The translations under genes and the position numbers were made by a program. From the NCBI GenBank assembly GCA_048887225.1, contig JBHLJY010000030.1, forward strand, positions 1 to 21,547: a DNA stretch of 21,547 nt, read 5' to 3'. Shown here piece after piece: positions 16,499-21,547 of the stretch. Each line of letters begins with the position of its first letter. The first letter of the stretch is position 1. This DNA comes from Candidatus Hodarchaeota archaeon (lineage in GTDB: Archaea; Asgardarchaeota; Lokiarchaeia; Sigyniarchaeales; SOKP01). The notes under the pieces were generated by a model. The model saw only the letters and a list, made by a program, of their open reading frames with translations, did not search any database and was not told the DNA's origin.

Positions 16499-17869
16499 TT
16501 ATGGTTTTGGTGTTACTTTAAAAACGTACACAGGAGTATCTTCCAGATTCTCCGGCATTGAGATCGTTAGATTTCCACCTTCTTGCTTCCAATTAAATTT
16601 TTCTTCATATCCCAGCATTTGAATCGTTGCATTTGCATTAATTGTCAGTGATTTAATTGTAATTTCATTTCCTTTTGGTTTCTTTAAGATGTGAAGGAAT
16701 AGAGCTTCTTGATTTTGGGTAAATCTTACATCAATATCATCAAGAGATTTACCTTCGGCATATTTCCATGGTCTAGTACTAAAAACAGCTTCACCATTCA
16801 CATCCAGCCATTTCCCAAGACCTAATAAGCATTTCTTCTGAGGCTCGGGGATTGTACCATCAGCCTTCGGACCTACATTTAATAAAAGATTGCCATTTTT
16901 ACTAACAATGTCCACAAGCATTCTAACTAATTCTTCTGAAGTAAGATAATCTTTTTCAAGTTCAAGTTTATTATATCCATAAGAGTTTCCAATGCCTCGA
17001 TTAGTTTCCCATTTTTTTTTCTTAATTCTTTTAAATACTTTATATTCAGGTGTTAAAAAATCATAATGCTTCATTACTGGAAAATCATCATCTTTAGTAT
17101 GAATTTGCCTCCATCTATCATTAATTACACCTTCGGCAAATCTATTATAGAAATAAGCGAACAGTTTATATAGATTTGTTGGGGGATATCCAATATCATT
17201 CCAGAGAATAATTGTGTTATATTTATCGATTAATTCATACCAATGATTAGTCGCATATTCAATGTATTCTGGGGTCCTTACATTATTTAAAAGAAGACTT
17301 TTCACATCTTTTATCGGTTCGGGGTTAAAAGTCCAATCAAGTACACCAGAATAGTAAAAACCCATTTTTATTTCCTCATTTCTAATTGCTTCTGAAAGTT
17401 CACCAACGATATCTCTACTAGCACAGTAATTCTCTTTATTTGGATTTTGATATTTACTTGGCCATAAAAGAAAGCCATCATGATGCTTTGTTACAAGAAC
17501 TACATATTTGGCTCCCGCTCTTTTAAACAATTCGGCCCATTCTTTAGGTTTCCATTTTTTTATTTCCTTATTAAAAATTGCCACAAAATCATCATAAGAG
17601 AAGTCTTTACCATATGTATTAAAGTGGTACTTCTGTGTTGGACTGCCTGGAATCCTGAGCGAATTGAGATACCATTCGGCATACGGATTATATTTAAAAT
17701 GTTCTTCAAAACCTCTTTTTTTCATTGATTCTACGATATCCATCTCCTTAATACCAAAAGCAGGTACAGAATAAAGACCCCAATGAATAAATATACCAAA
17801 TTTTGCATCGTGAAACCACTCTGGAACCTCATATTTACGTATAGACTTTTTGTCAGGGGTATACTTCAT
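16499..17869 (-). CDS. Alpha-L-fucosidase (GH29), apparently cytoplasmic
   Basis: PEWFHDAKFGIFIHWGLYSVP, YAEWY, AGAKYVVLVTKHHDGF, LWND (nucleophile Asp), INDRW, TPEY, VSKNGNLLLNVGP. No signal peptide is evident. Confidence 0.95.
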   Translation of the reverse strand: MKYTPDKKSIRKYEVPEWFHDAKFGIFIHWGLYSVPAFGIKEMDIVESMKKRGFEEHFKYNPYAEWYLNSLRIPGSPTQKYHFNTYGKDFSYDDFVAIFNKEIKKWKPKEWAELFKRAGAKYVVLVTKHHDGFLLWPSKYQNPNKENYCASRDIVGELSEAIRNEEIKMGFYYSGVLDWTFNPEPIKDVKSLLLNNVRTPEYIEYATNHWYELIDKYNTIILWNDIGYPPTNLYKLFAYFYNRFAEGVINDRWRQIHTKDDDFPVMKHYDFLTPEYKVFKRIKKKKWETNRGIGNSYGYNKLELEKDYLTSEELVRMLVDIVSKNGNLLLNVGPKADGTIPEPQKKCLLGLGKWLDVNGEAVFSTRPWKYAEGKSLDDIDVRFTQNQEALFLHILKKPKGNEITIKSLTINANATIQMLGYEEKFNWKQEGGNLTISMPENLEDTPVYVFKVTPKP

Positions 17870-17906
17870 GTATTATTACTGGTTATAAGCATATTGTATT
17901 ATTCTC

Positions 17907-17943
17907 ATATAAAAAGTATGATAAAAAAATAACTTTTGTATCA
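17907..17943 (-). promoter_or_regulatory. Putative TATA box (17907-17915) with adjacent imperfect palindrome (17919-17943) upstream of the fucosidase
   Basis: Minus strand TTTTTATAT about 38 nt upstream of the ATG; TGATAAAAAA-ataac-TTTTGTATCA inverted repeat with 9/10 match. Confidence 0.4.
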
Positions 17944-18029
17944 AAATTAAATGAATTTATATTTAGATAGTAGTAAAAAATTTTATTAAAAAGGAAGAAG
18001 AAAATTTAAAAAAATTAGTTTTATTATTG

Positions 18030-19796
18030 TTATTTCTTATAAAGCGGATCTGATTCCTGAAGAACCCTTCGTTGAACCTTCCCAAGAATATTCTTTGGAA
18101 CTTCATCAAGGAATTCGATTATCGCGGGGCATTTCCATTTAGTCATGTTTTCTAAAGTCCAAGCTTTTAACTCAGCTTCGGTAATTTGGTCTTTATACTC
18201 AGGTTTTAATGCTACCCATGCTTTTGTAATTTCACCTACCTTTCCTTCTGGATCGGGTAATCCGGCGACTGCCGCTTCCGATACAGCTTCATGATTCATA
18301 AGCATAGTTTCGACTTCTATGGGAAATACAGAATGTCCTGCTACTTTGATTAATTGTTTCTTACGATCTCGAAGCGCAACCGTGCCATCGTCGTTCATAA
18401 ATCCAACATCACCCGTAAGTAGCCATGTTCGACCGTCCCATTGTTTGAGAGTGTCAGCAGTCTCTTGAGGTTGGTTCAAATATGATTTCATTACTTGCGG
18501 ACCACAAACACAGAGTTCTCCAGTATTTTCCTCACCATATTTCGAACCTGGTAAGCCGTCTGCTATAGGACCTCTTTCAAACTCATCAACATCGAATATA
18601 GCCCAATCCGTACCAGTAAAAGGCATCCCAATAACGCCTATTGGACTTTCGCCAAATAAGTTTCCACCACTAACAACAGGACTAGCTTCAGAAAGTCCAT
18701 ACCCTTCGACGAGATTTCCACCAGTATTCTTGACAAAAGCATCATGAACAGGCCTGTGTAAAGGACCAGCTCCAGAAACGCATAGCCTCATTTTTCCAAA
18801 AATTTCTGGAAATTTTTCGAGTTTTGGATATTCAGCAATTCTTTTAAAGAGGATTTCTGCTCCTGCATATAACATACCTTTCGATGCGGGTATATGATTA
18901 ACTTCCTTAAGAAATACACCCGTATCAGGGGGTCTTGGATAAAGCATCATCCACCCTCCAACAGCAATGCTGACATTCATAACCACTGTCATTGCAAATG
19001 AGTGAAATAAAGGTATTACTCCTATATCTCCTACACCCGGGTCTTCACCGCCAAACCATAATATACATTGCGTTGCATTAGATACTAGGTTAAAATGGGT
19101 TAAAACCGTTGCCTTAGGAACTCCAGTTGTACCACCTGTCATTATATAAGTAGCTGGATGAGTCATCGGATCGATATCTACATCTGGCAGGTGAGGGGTA
19201 GTGCTCAAGAAATCTACAAAGTTATAAACTCGTTTAAAATCAACTTCACCTTTAGGAATCTTACCAATTAATTTTCCTAAGACTTTTTTAAATCCAGGAA
19301 GTCCATCACACAAATCAACTACATTTGTAGAAATAATGAATTCAATATTAGTCTTCTCGATGATTGGTTCAACCAGTTCTTCATATAAAGCATCTAAACA
19401 TACCAAACATTTAGCATTGGTTAGCGAGATATGATGCAGCACTTCAAGAGGTTTGTAGGTAGGGTTAATCCCTGTTGGAATTGCTCCAATTTTAGCACAT
19501 GCATAAAAAGCAATGACATATTGAAAACTATTTGGCAAAAGTAATGCAACAACATCACCCTTTCTTATACCAAGGTTGTGAAGCGCCGTGCCAAAAGAAT
19601 CCATCGCTTTCCCTGCTTCATCATAAGTCATCCATGATTCAATAAACCACATCAAATTATAATTTGCATATTTCTTTCTTTGCCTCTCGAAGAACTCACC
19701 TAGCGTAATTTTCTCAAACTCATGATTCTTAGGAGCGTTTTCCGGCCACCATTTTTTAAACCATGCTTTATTTTCATCTACTTGCCATTCTGCCAT
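18030..19796 (-). CDS. fadD: AMP-forming long-chain fatty-acid--CoA ligase (FadD/LcfA-like)
   Basis: MTGGTTGVPKA P-loop, PLFHSF, EGYGLSE, GELCVCGPQVM..Y, TGD, DRKKQLIK and GKVQRR. ATG 19796 is preferred; the GTG at 19805 looks like part of a GTGA SD. Confidence 0.9.
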   Translation of the reverse strand: MAEWQVDENKAWFKKWWPENAPKNHEFEKITLGEFFERQRKKYANYNLMWFIESWMTYDEAGKAMDSFGTALHNLGIRKGDVVALLLPNSFQYVIAFYACAKIGAIPTGINPTYKPLEVLHHISLTNAKCLVCLDALYEELVEPIIEKTNIEFIISTNVVDLCDGLPGFKKVLGKLIGKIPKGEVDFKRVYNFVDFLSTTPHLPDVDIDPMTHPATYIMTGGTTGVPKATVLTHFNLVSNATQCILWFGGEDPGVGDIGVIPLFHSFAMTVVMNVSIAVGGWMMLYPRPPDTGVFLKEVNHIPASKGMLYAGAEILFKRIAEYPKLEKFPEIFGKMRLCVSGAGPLHRPVHDAFVKNTGGNLVEGYGLSEASPVVSGGNLFGESPIGVIGMPFTGTDWAIFDVDEFERGPIADGLPGSKYGEENTGELCVCGPQVMKSYLNQPQETADTLKQWDGRTWLLTGDVGFMNDDGTVALRDRKKQLIKVAGHSVFPIEVETMLMNHEAVSEAAVAGLPDPEGKVGEITKAWVALKPEYKDQITEAELKAWTLENMTKWKCPAIIEFLDEVPKNILGKVQRRVLQESDPLYKK

Positions 19797-20028
19797 TTTA
19801 ATCACATCTAGAATTCAGTTTTAAAACAAAAAAAAATTTTGAATTTAGATATAAATGAAAATTGATTGAGCTATATAAATTTTATATGAAAGATTTTAAA
19901 GAAGAACCGATTTTAATTGAATTACAATTAAGGATTACTTAAATTATTCTTCAAAAAATAAACAATTATAAAGATATGAGTAAATATGCAATTAATATTT
20001 TAAAAGTTAAAAAGATAGTGATAATTTA

Positions 20029-21414
20029 ATGAGTGATTCAGTAAGAAGATTCGGTTTAGGTCAAAAAATGAGTTTTGGTTTAGGAACCTTTGCGCCCTGG
20101 TTCATTAATGCCGCATTTAATATCTGGGTTTTTACATTCTATTTCACTGCAGTAGGGTTAAATGTTATTTATATTATGCTCGCTTTTATTTTATGGACGA
20201 TTTGGAATGCTGTAAATGATCCATTAATCGGATATATATCGGATCGCACACATACTCGTTTTGGAAGGAGAAAACCATTTATAATGATTGGGACAATCCC
20301 AGTCCTTATAATTGAGATAATTTTATGGCTACCTTTATTCTTTGTACCTTCAGGAAATCAACTTTGGTTGTTCATTTATCTTTTAATCATGCTTATGTGC
20401 TACGATACTTTTTATACAATGGTTACATTACCTTTTGATGCCCTTTTTCCAGAACTTTATACTTCAGTTGAGGAAAGAGCTCAAGTCAATACAATTAAAC
20501 AATTTCTTGCCATTCTTGGATTAATTGCTGCGTTCCTAGTTCCAGGCATTTTTATTTCTGACATATCTGAGCCATCTGGTTATTTGATTAATGGAATCGT
20601 GACATCGATAATAATTGCCATAACCTTGTTAATAGCAATAAATTGGGGCGCTAAAGAGCGTAAGGAATTCAAATTAGACCATCAACATGAATTCGGGTTT
20701 TTCAAAGGTATGAAATATACGTTTAAAAATAGAGGATTTGTACTTTACACAATTATGTTTTTTCTGTACGAGTACATTTTATTAGTTTTAGGGGCAGTTA
20801 TTCAATTATACGGTAAACACGTCTTACATTCATCTCCCTTCGAGACATCATTATTACTGGGATTATTGTTTATTGTCGGCATTTTTTCTGTCTTACTATG
20901 GATGAAATTAGATGTAAAAATAGGTAGTAAAAAAGGATATGCTATAGCTATCGTCGCATATTTCCTAGCATCAATACCAATATTATTCATTGAGGATTTT
21001 TTCACAATACTAATAGTCTTTATGATCGCAGGAATCGGTTTCGGAGGAATGCTATATTTCATATATTTAATCATTGCAGATGTAATAGACGAAGACGAGT
21101 TAAACACTGGTGTACGGCGCGAAGGAACATTTTTCGGCATAACAAATTTTGCAATGCGTTTGTCAATGATTTTGTCCATCATAACTATTTCGCTAGTCTT
21201 TACGACGACTGGTTGGGAAGAATATGAACCTAATCCTGGCACCAATGTCATATTAGGGATTAAAGTAATTCTTGTTGTTTTCCCTGGTATTGCATTGGGA
21301 CTAACACTCCTATGCTTATATTTATATCCATATCCTAAAGAGAAAGTACTGGAGATAAAAAAGGAGTTAGCAGAGTTGCATAAACAAAAATTAGAGAGAG
21401 TTGAATCTAGGTAA
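20029..21414 (+). CDS. MFS transporter, glycoside-pentoside-hexuronide (GPH/MelB) family
   Basis: About 12 hydrophobic segments, WNAVNDPLIGYISDRTHTRFGRRKPF, ALFPEL...ER and ADVIDEDELNTGVRREG motifs. Confidence 0.93.
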   Translation: MSDSVRRFGLGQKMSFGLGTFAPWFINAAFNIWVFTFYFTAVGLNVIYIMLAFILWTIWNAVNDPLIGYISDRTHTRFGRRKPFIMIGTIPVLIIEIILWLPLFFVPSGNQLWLFIYLLIMLMCYDTFYTMVTLPFDALFPELYTSVEERAQVNTIKQFLAILGLIAAFLVPGIFISDISEPSGYLINGIVTSIIIAITLLIAINWGAKERKEFKLDHQHEFGFFKGMKYTFKNRGFVLYTIMFFLYEYILLVLGAVIQLYGKHVLHSSPFETSLLLGLLFIVGIFSVLLWMKLDVKIGSKKGYAIAIVAYFLASIPILFIEDFFTILIVFMIAGIGFGGMLYFIYLIIADVIDEDELNTGVRREGTFFGITNFAMRLSMILSIITISLVFTTTGWEEYEPNPGTNVILGIKVILVVFPGIALGLTLLCLYLYPYPKEKVLEIKKELAELHKQKLERVESR

Positions 21415-21547
21415 AATATAATTATTAATTTTTCAATATTTAAAAAAATCTTATATCTTGAACTAAATAGAATATTTAATTAGGATTTAATTAATATTAA
21501 ACCTTAAAATATTAATTTCTAAACAACAATAATTAAACAAAAGAAAA

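Noticed and set aside
1440-21251. Short alternative-frame and antisense ORFs from the track (e.g. 4650-5003, 8219-8512, 8800-9054, 14214-14507, 15792-16133, 20802-21251)
   Set aside because: All overlap well-supported genes and show no motifs; they are shadow ORFs.
21415-21547. AT-rich short repeats and palindromes (AATATT, TTAATTAA) after the MFS gene
   Set aside because: Low-complexity sequence expected at this base composition; no regular repeat-spacer structure, so not a CRISPR array.

Overview
Very AT-rich, gene-dense prokaryotic window. The longin-like protein, archaeal TATA/SD signals and metabolic content suggest an Asgard (Lokiarchaeia-like) archaeon; this is inference. Bases 1-8582 hold a tight operon for a flavin-based electron-bifurcating Hdr/Flx-type complex: a 5'-truncated hdrA, an mvhD with a C-terminal winged-helix extension, a 1004-aa double-module hdrA, then mvhD/flxD, flxC, flxB and flxA. 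A convergent longin-like gene follows. Next is a class II (B12-dependent, monomeric RTPR/NrdJ-type) ribonucleotide reductase with an N-terminal ATP cone, interrupted at its catalytic NP|CGE motif by a 502-aa intein carrying an HNH/NUMOD3/Zn-finger homing endonuclease and an atypical E-N C-terminus. Its upstream region has three copies of a TTTGTCG motif. The right half holds two paralogous 2TM + left-handed beta-helix proteins resembling split epsilon-poly-L-lysine-synthetase C-terminal repeats, a DUF1295 membrane reductase-like gene, a GH29 alpha-L-fucosidase, an acyl-CoA ligase and a GPH-family MFS transporter. No rRNA, tRNA, CRISPR array or IS element was seen.
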